Positions 10,412 to 20,300 of a stretch of DNA of 64,000 nt are shown in pieces; position 1 is the stretch's first letter; each line of letters starts with the position of its first letter. Source of the DNA: Bacillota bacterium (lineage in GTDB: Bacteria > Bacillota > Clostridia > Christensenellales > SZUA-584). The stretch lies in contig JAEWBO010000033.1 in the NCBI GenBank assembly GCA_023391105.1, positions 2,471 through 66,470 of the forward strand, in the 5' to 3' direction. A model generated the notes under the pieces. The model made no database searches. It was given only the letters and a program-made list of their open reading frames with translations, and was not told the DNA's origin. Both the position numbers and the translations under genes were made by a program.

Positions 10412-11641
10412 TTACGGCACCTGCGCATAGAATACAATATTTGCACCTGAGAGATCAGCGATGTCATACCAAGCCACATTCTTCCCGCATACGCTTGAAA
10501 GCAGCACACGTGAGCTGTCAGTCGTCAGACGCCCCGAGCTCTGATCCGCAAAGTAGTAAATATATACGGCCTCATCCTTGGTATAAGCCACAAACCCATC
10601 ACCCACAGAATAGTTGACGATGTTTTCTGCGATAACAGACGGTGCGGAATACGTATCGCCTTCCTTGGAGCATAGATACAGCTTGTTGCTGTCAGCATAA
10701 GTATCGATAAACACGATATTGTCTCCGCTGATCATTGGGTCTAGCACGCTGACACCGGGCCGGAATAAAATCTTGTTCGCGTCACCATTTTGGGCAAGCG
10801 GCATGACGACAATCTCGGCCTCGGTCGAAGCGGAAGACCCTTCAAGCAGCTGGCTTTCACCGCTGGGCTGAACATAGACAATTCGATCATCAGACATGTA
10901 TGGCGCGCTGAAAGAAAACGGGGTGTTCACAAAAATCTCGACCTCCGCCGTCTCACGTGTTGGCAGGTGGTAAAGATACAATCTGTCGGTCCCTTTGCTG
11001 GTCTGTTGAAGCCACAGCGCATATTCACCCGACAAAGACACCTTGGGCTTGCCGTACAGATATTCGCGCATCACGAACGATTCACCCGCGGCGCGGTCGT
11101 AGCCGCAAACGGCACCGCCGTACTCATCCTTGCAGTCAAGATAAACGATGTATTTATCATTCATCTTTGGTTCGAACAGTGTGGCGTACTTTTTGGATAT
11201 GCCCGGGGCATCAGCCGCCACCTGTGATTCCAGATTGTATATGGAAATCGTATCAATGACAGGCGCTGTCTCATTCTCCTTCCCCGTAGAGAATACGGCC
11301 TCCTGTCCAAATATATAAGGATCATTTATGGACTGATTGGCTACCGTGAGTTCCTTATCGAGATCCGACATGTCCGCTCTGGCCATTGGCGCAAGCGTGG
11401 GCTGGGGCGTGGGGGCAAGGGTTTCTGTTTCAACAGGCTTTGCGCCGCCGTCAAACAGCGGAACAAGAACAAATATGACGAGCACAGCAAGCGCCGCCAC
11501 ACCCAATACTAAACCGCCTATCTTGATCATCGGGCCGAAGCTTGACACGCGGAAACGCGAAACGCGCCTTGGGCCGCGGCCTGAACGCATCCGCATATTG
11601 CGTCTTCTTCGCGTCCTCTTCAATCTGTCTATAACTCCCAA
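10412..11641 (-). CDS. Hypothetical membrane-anchored protein (Arg-rich N-terminus, one TM, repeat-rich extracytoplasmic domain)
   Basis: TTG start lies 7 nt after GGAGGA. TGTTATAAT extended -10 lies upstream on the minus strand. No catalytic motif recognised. Confidence 0.6.
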   Translation of the reverse strand: MGVIDRLKRTRRRRNMRMRSGRGPRRVSRFRVSSFGPMIKIGGLVLGVAALAVLVIFVLVPLFDGGAKPVETETLAPTPQPTLAPMARADMSDLDKELTVANQSINDPYIFGQEAVFSTGKENETAPVIDTISIYNLESQVAADAPGISKKYATLFEPKMNDKYIVYLDCKDEYGGAVCGYDRAAGESFVMREYLYGKPKVSLSGEYALWLQQTSKGTDRLYLYHLPTRETAEVEIFVNTPFSFSAPYMSDDRIVYVQPSGESQLLEGSSASTEAEIVVMPLAQNGDANKILFRPGVSVLDPMISGDNIVFIDTYADSNKLYLCSKEGDTYSAPSVIAENIVNYSVGDGFVAYTKDEAVYIYYFADQSSGRLTTDSSRVLLSSVCGKNVAWYDIADLSGANIVFYAQVP

Positions 11642-11706
11642 TACTTATTCCTCCAAGCGGGTTTTTTCCTGTGTCATTTTACATCTATTATAACAAATTA
11701 AACGTA

Positions 11707-12648
11707 TTATTCAACCACAGGCCACAATTCAAACGTCTGCGGCTTTTCGGGTTCGGTTAAGAACGAGAGTGTTTCTTTGTTAAAACGCTCCGGCTTTTCT
11801 TCATGAACCAAATGCGCACAGTTGCGGATGCGTACAAACCGTTTATGCTGCAGCGGCGTTGTAATAGATCGAATAACCTCGTCGTTATGCAGGCGGTCTT
11901 CCGTGCCCTGAAAAATAAGTGTCTGTTTCTTAATGCCCTTCATATTTGAGCGCACAAACGTATCATCGAAATGAAGCATACATCTGACAAAAGTTTCCCT
12001 TGTCTCTTTGTTTTTTAAAGGCTCGTAATAGCCGTCAAGCACCTCTTGAGTTAATTGTGTCGCGTCAAAATAGCATTCACTGAGCACACCTCGAGCCGTG
12101 GCTTCGCTGAAAATATGCCTAAAATATAACGAACCGATCCGCGAGGTCAACAACTTTAGCGACATCGGATAATGCTCGTTTGGGCCGCCCGGCGAAACAA
12201 GCACCAGCCTGTCCACTTTTTTGGGACTCATTGCGGTAAATTGGAGCGCGCTTAACGCTCCTGTGGAGAACCCGGCAATATGCGTTCTTTTAATGCCGAG
12301 CGCATCTAAAAAAGCACCGATGACCAATGCGTTTTCCTCAATGGTGTAATAGATGTTCAAATGTCCGCTGTAGCCATAGCCCACCATATCAGGAGCTATC
12401 ACGCGGAATCCGTTTTCCGCAAAGAAGTCGATATTCTTGCGCCATGTATAAAGAGACTGTCCCATGCCGTGCACAAGCAGCAGCGGGTGTCCTTCACCTT
12501 TTTCATAGTAATGAATTTTCGTTTCAAAGCGAAGCGTCTCCGGCCCCATCGCCGTTTCCGTGACGATATCGAAGGAGATATTCGCATAAGCGCCCATATA
12601 TTCATTGTTTTCGAACATCTTTTGATTTTTGCGCCTGTATCTGCTCAT
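11707..12648 (-). CDS. Alpha/beta-fold hydrolase
   Basis: HGMGQS oxyanion region and nucleophile elbow GFSTG, with a C-terminal His region (NCAHLVHEE). Confidence 0.8.
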   Translation of the reverse strand: MSRYRRKNQKMFENNEYMGAYANISFDIVTETAMGPETLRFETKIHYYEKGEGHPLLLVHGMGQSLYTWRKNIDFFAENGFRVIAPDMVGYGYSGHLNIYYTIEENALVIGAFLDALGIKRTHIAGFSTGALSALQFTAMSPKKVDRLVLVSPGGPNEHYPMSLKLLTSRIGSLYFRHIFSEATARGVLSECYFDATQLTQEVLDGYYEPLKNKETRETFVRCMLHFDDTFVRSNMKGIKKQTLIFQGTEDRLHNDEVIRSITTPLQHKRFVRIRNCAHLVHEEKPERFNKETLSFLTEPEKPQTFELWPVVE

Positions 12649-12735
12649 TTCATCGCCCCCATATTCAATTTCATCATACTACGGCGTGCGCAATAATTCA
12701 AGTATGCTTGTCATTGATATGTAACTTATGTTACA

Positions 12736-14130
12736 TTATGTTAACAAATTCGCCGCGATCGTTTTTGCCCGGCGTTTGAGTAATTCTGTATTGTTCTGAG
12801 CAGGATTTAACACGCATTCCTTGTGCAGCTGTTCAAGAATGCGCCCGATCACGGGTGACGGCTGTATGCCCAACTGCTCTGCGATATCTTTACCGGTGAT
12901 GGCAAGCTCCTGCACGCGCCACGGCACTTGTTCTTGTATCATTCGGTTAAGCTCATTCTCCCAATTGTCAGCCGACGCAACTGCGGACACCGATCTGCCG
13001 GAGCCCATCACGTCTGCTCGTCGCAGCGCAATCAGCCTTTCAAATGCCTTGCGACCCAACAGCACCGCGCGTTTTCGAATTGTTTTGGGCTTAGCCTTGG
13101 CCTCAAGGTCAAACATATGATTGCGAATCAGCGGCAGCACCGCCGCCTTCGTCTTGTTGTCCATCTTCAGCGCGTTCATCTCATCACGCGCAAGCACTTC
13201 ACCAATCGTCTCGTGCCCGTACATTTTTCCGTTGCGCTTCAGCGCTTCCGGCTTGCCGATATCATGAAGCAGCGCTGCTAGACGCAGCTCCCATACGGGC
13301 GGCGCCGCCGCACAAGCATGCAGACAATGCCCGAGAACGTCATATTCGTGATACAATGGTGATTGTGCCACGCCGTTTCCTTCCCACAGCCCCGGCAATA
13401 TATATTTCAGCGCGCCAGTTTGGCGAAGCAGCGTCAGCCCATGAAGGGGCCCGCCTTTGGTCACCGATGCATATTTTGTATCCGACATGAGTATTTTTTT
13501 GAGCTCAATGTGTTTGCGCTCCGCTGAGATATCCGCGAGCAGCATCGCATGCGTACTTGCCGTATCCAGCAGCTCCGGCGTCACATCGAACCCAAGCTCC
13601 GCGGCGAACCGGGCCATGCGCATAATGCGAAGGCCGTCGTCACGTATTGTGATTTCCGGCTGCTCCGCCGCCGCATGCAGGACTTCGTTCTTGGCATCGG
13701 CAAGCCCCCTGCCCGTGGGGTCAAAAATCTCGCCGGTTTTCATATTCATATACAGAGCGTTGACAGAAAAGTCGCGCCGCTGTGCATCCTCTTTCATATC
13801 CGCCGTAAACTCGACCCGATAGGGGCGGTGGTCACCGCCGGGGGGATAAAAATCTCGCCGCCATGTCGTGTGCTCAAACGCTTCCCATCCATCGTCCGTT
13901 TTAAGCCGCAGCTCCACGGTGCCCAGCGGCAGTGCCTTTTCAATCACTGTGAGACCCGCATCACGCGCAATGCTCACTGCTTCTTCAGGCGGCACGCACG
14001 AGCAGACGTCAAAATCGCCCCCGGGGAGATCAAGAACGAAATTCCGCACATATCCGCCCACAAGGAACAGCGTGTATCCGTGAGCGGCAAATATGTCTGA
14101 CAGCGCTGTTAGGCTCTTGGGTATATTCAT
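12736..14130 (-). CDS. cca: CCA-adding tRNA nucleotidyltransferase with HD domain
   Basis: GGYVRN head-domain motif, DFDV carboxylates and the HD motif LLHDIGKP. Confidence 0.8.
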   Translation of the reverse strand: MNIPKSLTALSDIFAAHGYTLFLVGGYVRNFVLDLPGGDFDVCSCVPPEEAVSIARDAGLTVIEKALPLGTVELRLKTDDGWEAFEHTTWRRDFYPPGGDHRPYRVEFTADMKEDAQRRDFSVNALYMNMKTGEIFDPTGRGLADAKNEVLHAAAEQPEITIRDDGLRIMRMARFAAELGFDVTPELLDTASTHAMLLADISAERKHIELKKILMSDTKYASVTKGGPLHGLTLLRQTGALKYILPGLWEGNGVAQSPLYHEYDVLGHCLHACAAAPPVWELRLAALLHDIGKPEALKRNGKMYGHETIGEVLARDEMNALKMDNKTKAAVLPLIRNHMFDLEAKAKPKTIRKRAVLLGRKAFERLIALRRADVMGSGRSVSAVASADNWENELNRMIQEQVPWRVQELAITGKDIAEQLGIQPSPVIGRILEQLHKECVLNPAQNNTELLKRRAKTIAANLLT

Positions 14131-14990
14131 TACGGGATTTCCAAGCAGCAGGATTGTTTGGTGTGTGGTTCGCTCAGCGTGGCCGTATAAACTTCTTCTG
14201 CAGGACCCGTCATTATCACGCGGTCATCATCACAGTATTCGATGAAAAGACAGCCCGTCGCCAGATGTACTGTTGCTTTGCGGCCAATAAGCCCCTTTCT
14301 ATACATTGCCACGACGCTTGCGCACGACCCCGTACCGCAGGCAAGCGTAAAACCCGCGCCGCGTTCCCAAGTGAGCACGCGGATATTCTTTTCGTCTGTC
14401 ACCTGCACGAAGTTTACATTTGTTTTTTTGGGGAAAATGGGATGCCTTTCTATGGCAGGGCCAAGCGCCGTCGTATCCAGCGCATCAATATTCTCGGTCA
14501 GCACCATCGTATGCGGCACACCCATAAGCAATGAGGACACAGTCACATTCTGCCCGGCCGCTTCAATGACGACGTCCAACCCGCTGCCTTCACCGTACAT
14601 CGGAATGCTTTCGCGCTCAAACAAAGGCTTGCCCATATCGACGCTCACCTCTGTGACCTTTGAGTTCTTTATTATAAGACGCGGCCTCATGATGCCCGCA
14701 AGCGTTTCCACCGTCATATCATCTTTCGTCACAATACCGCGCTCATACACGTATTTCGCAAAGCAGCGTATGCCGTTGCCGCACATCTCCGCTTCGCTGC
14801 CATCCGCGTTAATGATGCGCATGCGAATATCCGCGTAAAGAGACGGCAGCACGACCAGGATACCGTCCGCACCCACACTTAGCCTGCGGCAGCACAGTTT
14901 TTCCGCGAGCGCATTCCAATCAGTAACCGTGCCGTCATCTTCAAATATCAAAAAATCGTTTCCTAGTCCGTGCATTTTTGTGAATTCCAT
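14130..14990 (-). CDS. dapF: Diaminopimelate epimerase
   Basis: GLGNDF, MCGNGIRC and ACGTGSCA catalytic-Cys motifs. Its stop overlaps the cca start by 1 nt. Confidence 0.92.
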   Translation of the reverse strand: MEFTKMHGLGNDFLIFEDDGTVTDWNALAEKLCCRRLSVGADGILVVLPSLYADIRMRIINADGSEAEMCGNGIRCFAKYVYERGIVTKDDMTVETLAGIMRPRLIIKNSKVTEVSVDMGKPLFERESIPMYGEGSGLDVVIEAAGQNVTVSSLLMGVPHTMVLTENIDALDTTALGPAIERHPIFPKKTNVNFVQVTDEKNIRVLTWERGAGFTLACGTGSCASVVAMYRKGLIGRKATVHLATGCLFIEYCDDDRVIMTGPAEEVYTATLSEPHTKQSCCLEIP

Positions 14991-15146
14991 ATACGCCTCC
15001 GATGGTTTGAGAGAAAGTATTTTCCTTGTATATTATACTTATACAAGTCCATACCTGCAACAAGCCGACAAAAATCGTATGCGGCGCCTATTTCAGACTG
15101 TCACAAATTATGCTATGATGTTGCTATCATTTTGGGAGAATTAAAC

Positions 15147-15662
15147 ATGGATATCAGCATTAGATGCATTGACGAATGCGATTTGCCTGACGTTTCACGG
15201 CTTGCCAACAACATCGCCATCGCGCAGATGACAGCCAATCTTCCCTATCCATATGAAAGTGAGCACGCGCAAGTTTGGCTGGACTATGTGCAAAGCCACG
15301 AGAATGAGCATGTGTTCGCGGTGCTTGGGGATGAAGAATTTATGGGTGTTGTGGGACTGGTGCACGAGCCTGAGCATGAGCGTGCGGAGCTTGGTTATTG
15401 GCTCGGGGAGGATTACTGGAACAAGAAAGTGATGACAACCGCGGCAGGCATGGCCGTGGCCTATGCGTTCACCATGCTGGACGTGCAGAAAATATATTCT
15501 CGCTGTTTTGCGCCCAACAAGGCTTCTCAGCGCGTGCTCGAAAAGAACGGGTTCACGCTCGAAGGCTGTCAGCGCGCCCATCATATTCGTATGGGCGTCG
15601 TACAGGATGTGCTCTGCTTTGGGCTTCTGCGCAGCGAATACGAAACAAATCAGTCGGTATAG
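15147..15662 (+). CDS. GNAT-family N-acetyltransferase (RimJ/RimL-like)
   Basis: About 171 aa with a GNAT-like core and QRVLEKNGF tail motif. ATG 15147 follows GGGAGAA. The track ORF start (14970) is an over-extension. Confidence 0.7.
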   Translation: MDISIRCIDECDLPDVSRLANNIAIAQMTANLPYPYESEHAQVWLDYVQSHENEHVFAVLGDEEFMGVVGLVHEPEHERAELGYWLGEDYWNKKVMTTAAGMAVAYAFTMLDVQKIYSRCFAPNKASQRVLEKNGFTLEGCQRAHHIRMGVVQDVLCFGLLRSEYETNQSV

Positions 15663-15711
15663 ACTACGACATTTCCATGGAAAAGACGTTATACTGAAAG
15701 GACGAAGTAAA

Positions 15712-17010
15712 ATGAGAATGTATGATATTATCGCAAAAAAGCGGGATGGTAATAAGCTCAGCAAGGAAGAAATAAAATTCTTTATTGACGGCTATGTTTC
15801 GGAACAGATTCCTGATTATCAGGCCGCTGCGTTTTTAATGGCGGCTTTTATAAACGGACTTGATGATGAGGAAACCGTTCATTTGACAAAGGAGATGGCG
15901 TCTTCGGGCGATATGGCTGATCTGAGCGAGCTGGGTATCGTAGCGGACAAACACTCAACAGGCGGTGTGGCCGACACCACCACCATGATCGTTGTTCCGC
16001 TTGTTTGCTCATGCGGCTTAAAGGTCGCAAAGATGTCGGGAAGAGGCCTCGGCCATACTGGTGGTACACTGGATAAGCTTGAATCCATACCCGGCATGTC
16101 CATTTCCTTGGGTATGAATACTCTTTTGTCTCAGGTAAAACGGATTGGCGCTGCTGTAATCGGTCAAACGATGGACATGTGTCCTGCGGATAAAAAGCTG
16201 TACGCGCTGCGCGATGTGACCGCTACCGTAGAAAATATACCGCTGATTGCGAGCAGCATTATGAGCAAAAAGCTTGCTTCGGGTTCGAATATCATCATGC
16301 TGGATGTGAAAACCGGAAGCGGCGCTTTTATGACAGATCCTGACGATGCCTTTGCACTTGCCAAGGCGATGGTGAGTATCGGCAACATGGCCGGACGCAA
16401 GACTGCCGCAATCATCAGCGACATGAGCCAGCCGCTGGGGCTTGCCGTTGGCAATTCACTTGAAATCATCGAAGCGATTGATGTGCTGTCAGGCCGCGTG
16501 CAGGGCGATCTTTTAACTGTATCGCTTGCGCTTGCGGCACGCATGCTGTGCCTAGCGGACATTGCCAAAGACGATGAGGATGCAAAGGTTTTACTGCTTG
16601 AGGCGCTGCATTCAGGACGCGCTCTTCGCAAGCTCGGTGAAATCATCGCGGCCCAAGGCGGCAACGCAAACGTGATCCACGATACGTCTCTGATGCCGCG
16701 CGCGCGCATGATATCCAAGGTGTATGCCAGCGGCGAGGGTGTCTTGAGCTCGATGGATTGCAAACGGCTTGGCGAAGTCGCAGGCATGCTGGGTGCCGGA
16801 CGATTAAAAAAGGACGATGTGATCGATCCTGCGGTGGGTTTCATCATTAATAAGCGGATTGGGGATAATGTACAAATAGGCGACGAGCTTTTTGAGGTTC
16901 ACGCAAACGATGAAGGCAAACTGGAACAAGCGATGTGCAGTCTTGAGCCCTGTTTCACGTTGTCAGACAGCGCGGAACCCCCCAAACTTTTATACGGGTT
17001 TTTATCATAG
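15712..17010 (+). CDS. pdp: Pyrimidine-nucleoside (thymidine) phosphorylase
   Basis: MRMYDIIAKKRDG N-terminus, HSTGGVADTT and SGRGLGHTGGTLDKLESIPG motifs. The track ORF start (15463) is an over-extension into the GNAT gene. Confidence 0.9.
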   Translation: MRMYDIIAKKRDGNKLSKEEIKFFIDGYVSEQIPDYQAAAFLMAAFINGLDDEETVHLTKEMASSGDMADLSELGIVADKHSTGGVADTTTMIVVPLVCSCGLKVAKMSGRGLGHTGGTLDKLESIPGMSISLGMNTLLSQVKRIGAAVIGQTMDMCPADKKLYALRDVTATVENIPLIASSIMSKKLASGSNIIMLDVKTGSGAFMTDPDDAFALAKAMVSIGNMAGRKTAAIISDMSQPLGLAVGNSLEIIEAIDVLSGRVQGDLLTVSLALAARMLCLADIAKDDEDAKVLLLEALHSGRALRKLGEIIAAQGGNANVIHDTSLMPRARMISKVYASGEGVLSSMDCKRLGEVAGMLGAGRLKKDDVIDPAVGFIINKRIGDNVQIGDELFEVHANDEGKLEQAMCSLEPCFTLSDSAEPPKLLYGFLS

Positions 17011-17030
17011 TGTGGATAACACGTGGATAA
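17011..17030 (+). promoter_or_regulatory. Two tandem DnaA boxes (TGTGGATAA, cGTGGATAA) immediately after the pdp stop
   Basis: Perfect 9-mer at 17011-17019 and a one-mismatch 9-mer at 17022-17030. Weaker matches follow up to about 17070. Confidence 0.7.
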
Positions 17031-17254
17031 CGTGTACAACTATGTGTATGAGTGGTTGTTTGTTTGGTGATAAAACGGGGTATTATTGAGTGCTTATCGT
17101 GAAATAATGAACAATGCAGATAAACAGCAAAAAAAGGCTTGTTATTAATATATCTGTAATAATTCCGTAATAATCTTATCAAATTGTTTATTTTCACGTT
17201 ATATACGTCTATACGTCAATTGCCTTCAATAAAACAGCTTTATATAATATTCGT

Positions 17255-18478
17255 ATGATGCGGAAAATTTTGCTCAAAGCGAGAATATTGCTGGCACTGC
17301 TGATTCTGTCTGCAGTGCTATTTGCGTGCTTTCCTGTCACCGCCTTTGCTGCAGATCACTACCAGATACTTAAAATCGGCGATAAGAATGACGATGTTCT
17401 CGCACTGCAAACAAAGCTAAAAGAGCAAGGTTTTTTTTCCGGCAGCACAACAGGTTATTACGGCACAAAAACGCAGCAGGCCGTGATTGACTACCAAGCA
17501 TCTCATTCACTCTTGGTGGATGGAAAGGCAGGCCCAAAAACCTTAGCATCAATATTGGGAGATGATTTTGTCGTAACTCCCAAAAGCGGGGCGCTCGCAT
17601 CCGGCAATATGGACGCCGATTTTTTGGAACCGGGTGATAAAGGCGCCTTTGTTTCAGACATACAAGAAAAGCTAAAAAAGCTTGAATATTATAATTATCC
17701 CAGTATCACAGGGTATTACGGTCCGGTTACCGAGCAGGCTGTTAGGAGCTTTCAAAGCACCAATGGCATTAAAGCAGACGGTATAGTCGGCCCTGAAACG
17801 ATGACTGCGTTAAACTCTGAAAATGCCAAATCTTTATGCATCTACCCGGGAGACCGGGGCAACAATGTCGTGCAGCTGCAAAAGCGACTGTCTGAGCTCG
17901 GCTATTTCAGCGGAGCGGCCACCGGATATTTTGGCACCGTCACTGCGGATGCCCTCAAAGAGTTTCAAGCGCAAAACGGACTTGTGGTTGACGCCAAGGC
18001 AGGCAAAAACTCGCGTGAGGTGCTCTATTCAGATAAGACCGCGATATGGGACGGAATCGACCGGGTTGCCAATGGCACATCATCATCACAATCCGTTTCT
18101 GATGTACAAAAAATGCTGGCTTTTGCCAACGAACAGCTAGAGAAACCCTATGTGTACGCCACAGAAGGTCCAAGTTCGTTTGATTGCTCAGGTTTTGTCT
18201 ATTATGTTCTCAAATACATGGGTGTTTCCACAAGACGCTGCAGCGCTGACGCTTTTTCAAATATTGAAAGCTGGACAAAAATATCCGACCGCAATGCGCT
18301 TGTTCCGGGAGATATTTTATTCTTCTTGTCTGGCAACAGCTCACGAATCAATCATATCGGGATTTACCTTGGTGATGATTCGTTTATTCATGCAAGCTCC
18401 AGCAAGGCCTGTGTCACTGTCAGCAATATGTCGGATTATTATGACCGCAGCTTTTCTTTTGCCCGCAGAATCTATTAG
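17255..18478 (+). CDS. Secreted cell-wall hydrolase: peptidoglycan-binding repeats plus C-terminal NlpC/P60 endopeptidase
   Basis: Signal peptide, repeated PG_binding_1-type units (GDKNDDVLALQTKLKEQGFF, GDKGAFVSDIQEKLKKLEYY, GDRGNNVVQLQKRLSELGYF), catalytic FDCSGFV Cys and NHIGIYLG His. Confidence 0.85.
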   Translation: MMRKILLKARILLALLILSAVLFACFPVTAFAADHYQILKIGDKNDDVLALQTKLKEQGFFSGSTTGYYGTKTQQAVIDYQASHSLLVDGKAGPKTLASILGDDFVVTPKSGALASGNMDADFLEPGDKGAFVSDIQEKLKKLEYYNYPSITGYYGPVTEQAVRSFQSTNGIKADGIVGPETMTALNSENAKSLCIYPGDRGNNVVQLQKRLSELGYFSGAATGYFGTVTADALKEFQAQNGLVVDAKAGKNSREVLYSDKTAIWDGIDRVANGTSSSQSVSDVQKMLAFANEQLEKPYVYATEGPSSFDCSGFVYYVLKYMGVSTRRCSADAFSNIESWTKISDRNALVPGDILFFLSGNSSRINHIGIYLGDDSFIHASSSKACVTVSNMSDYYDRSFSFARRIY

Positions 18479-18566
18479 TTTTTAATCATCCTCTTTATTG
18501 TTGGTATATTCCTCACATAAATAATAAACGTGTGCTATTTTAACATTCTTTTTTCTAGCTTTACAG

Positions 18567-18595
18567 TTGAGACCTTGTACCTTATGTGATAGAAT
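18567..18595 (+). promoter_or_regulatory. Probable dnaA promoter
   Basis: TTGAGA (18567-18572), 17-nt spacer, TAGAAT (18590-18595) with TGa just upstream (extended -10). Confidence 0.6.
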
Positions 18596-18620
18596 GTTTT
18601 ATGTTCTAAATTTCAAAAAC

Positions 18621-18641
18621 TTATCCACATTATGTGGATAA
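18621..18641. promoter_or_regulatory. Inverted pair of perfect DnaA boxes (oriC left part / dnaA autoregulation)
   Basis: TTATCCACA at 18621-18629 and TGTGGATAA at 18633-18641. An AT-rich tract follows up to the dnaA start. Confidence 0.85.
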
Positions 18642-18735
18642 GTTGGTGGATTAATCGAACAAATGTTGTTGTTTTTTGATTTCGGGCTCTTAATTTGTGA
18701 TTATCATGTTTATTATTATAGTATATTATTGAGGT

Positions 18736-20103
18736 ATGGGTGTGGACACATTTTTGGTCATTTGGGAAAAAGCATTGGAAATTCTTAAACAAGAGCTCGT
18801 CAGTGTTCGGTATGATACATGGATTAAAACTCTTTCACCTGTAAAAAATGTGGACGCTGCATTTTATTTTCAGACGCTTAATCCCATTCACAAAGAACTT
18901 GTTGAAAAAAGCTATAAAAATCTGATTGTCAGCGCCATGAACGATGCGGCTGACGCGATGGATTATGGTCAAAAGATCGATGTTTACTTTTTGGATACTG
19001 AGGAAGCATCCCGTCTAAAACAGCCTCCTGTCGCCCATCAGGAAGCTGAAATTTCAAGCAGCACGCGTTCAATGCTTAATCCATATTATACTTTCAACAC
19101 GTTTGTGGTCGGCAGCTCCAACGAATTTGCGCACGCTGCGGCCAGGGCTGTGGCGGACAACCCCGGCTACACGTATAATCCGCTTTTTATTTATGGAAAA
19201 ACGGGGCTTGGCAAAACGCATTTGATGCAGGCCATCGCAAACCATATCTCTGAAAAAGATAACACAGCCACCGTGATGTTCGTTAAGAGCGAACCCTTTT
19301 TAAACGACCTTATCAACGCGATACGAACATCAAAAACAGAAGAGTTTCGTAAAAGATACCGCAAAGCCGACGTGCTGCTGATAGACGATATTCAGTTTAT
19401 CGCCGGCAAGGAGAGCACACAGGAAGAGTTTTTCCATACGTTTAACGATCTGCATGAAAACAATAAACAAATCATTTTGTCTTCAGACAAGCCTCCAAAA
19501 GAAATTGCAAGGCTGGAAGAGAGGCTTCAGTCGCGCTTTGAAGGCGGTTTGATTGCCGATATTCAGCCGCCGAACTACGAAACAAAGCTCGCCATCCTCA
19601 CAAAGAAAGCGAAGGATATCACATCTAAGGATTCGTTGAAATGCGAAGTCAGCAATGAGATATTGGATCTGATCGCGACCAAGGTATCATCTAATATCCG
19701 ATCGCTTGAGGGCGCACTAAAGAAAATTATCGCATACACCGTTCTTAACGGACGTACACCAAACCTGATAGAGGCTGAGATTGCCATACGCGATTTTCTG
19801 AATACAAATACTAAGAAAATTTCTTCAAAGCAAATACTGCAGACAGTCTGTGAATATTATGAGATATCCGAAGAAGAGATCACAAGCAACAAGAAAAACC
19901 AAAGTGTGGCATACCCCAGACAAATATCAATGTACTTGACTCGTAAGCTGATGGACTTATCTTACAAAGCCATCGCCGAGATTTACGGCAAGAACGACCA
20001 CACAACGGCTAAGCATGCCTATGAGAAAATTGAAAAAGAGGTACAGACGGTTATTGAAACCAAAACGCTTGTGGATGATTTCATCACAAAGCTGAAAGAA
20101 TAG
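18736..20103 (+). CDS. dnaA: Chromosomal replication initiator protein DnaA
   Basis: Walker A GKTGLGKTHL, Walker B LLIDDIQF and a C-terminal DnaA-box-binding domain (HTTAKHAYEKI). Confidence 0.97.
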   Translation: MGVDTFLVIWEKALEILKQELVSVRYDTWIKTLSPVKNVDAAFYFQTLNPIHKELVEKSYKNLIVSAMNDAADAMDYGQKIDVYFLDTEEASRLKQPPVAHQEAEISSSTRSMLNPYYTFNTFVVGSSNEFAHAAARAVADNPGYTYNPLFIYGKTGLGKTHLMQAIANHISEKDNTATVMFVKSEPFLNDLINAIRTSKTEEFRKRYRKADVLLIDDIQFIAGKESTQEEFFHTFNDLHENNKQIILSSDKPPKEIARLEERLQSRFEGGLIADIQPPNYETKLAILTKKAKDITSKDSLKCEVSNEILDLIATKVSSNIRSLEGALKKIIAYTVLNGRTPNLIEAEIAIRDFLNTNTKKISSKQILQTVCEYYEISEEEITSNKKNQSVAYPRQISMYLTRKLMDLSYKAIAEIYGKNDHTTAKHAYEKIEKEVQTVIETKTLVDDFITKLKE

Positions 20104-20248
20104 TGGATACATTGTTGATAAAATGTTTAAGCAAAAAGCGCTTATATTTTGATTATCCCAGCTATGTTGACATCGCATGCACCGAAAATACAAGCCTGAC
20201 ATATAAAATGGAGACGGCGTTTATACGATGACAATTGAGAAAACCATG

Positions 20249-20300
20249 ATATCCACATTATCAACACCACCTACTACTACTAATACTATTTAATCTAGTA
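20249..20300 (+). other. oriC unwinding module: two tandem DnaA boxes, short GC clamp, DnaA-trio run, AT-rich tract
   Basis: aTATCCACA (20249-20257) and TTATCaACA (20258-20266), then CCAC, then CTA CTA CTA CTA aTA CTA (20271-20288; TAG repeats on the minus strand), then an AT-rich tract. Confidence 0.75.

Noticed and set aside
16951-16966. parS-like TGTTTCACGTTGTCAG inside pdp
   Set aside because: Only the left half matches parS. The right half-site is lost, so this is probably a chance match.
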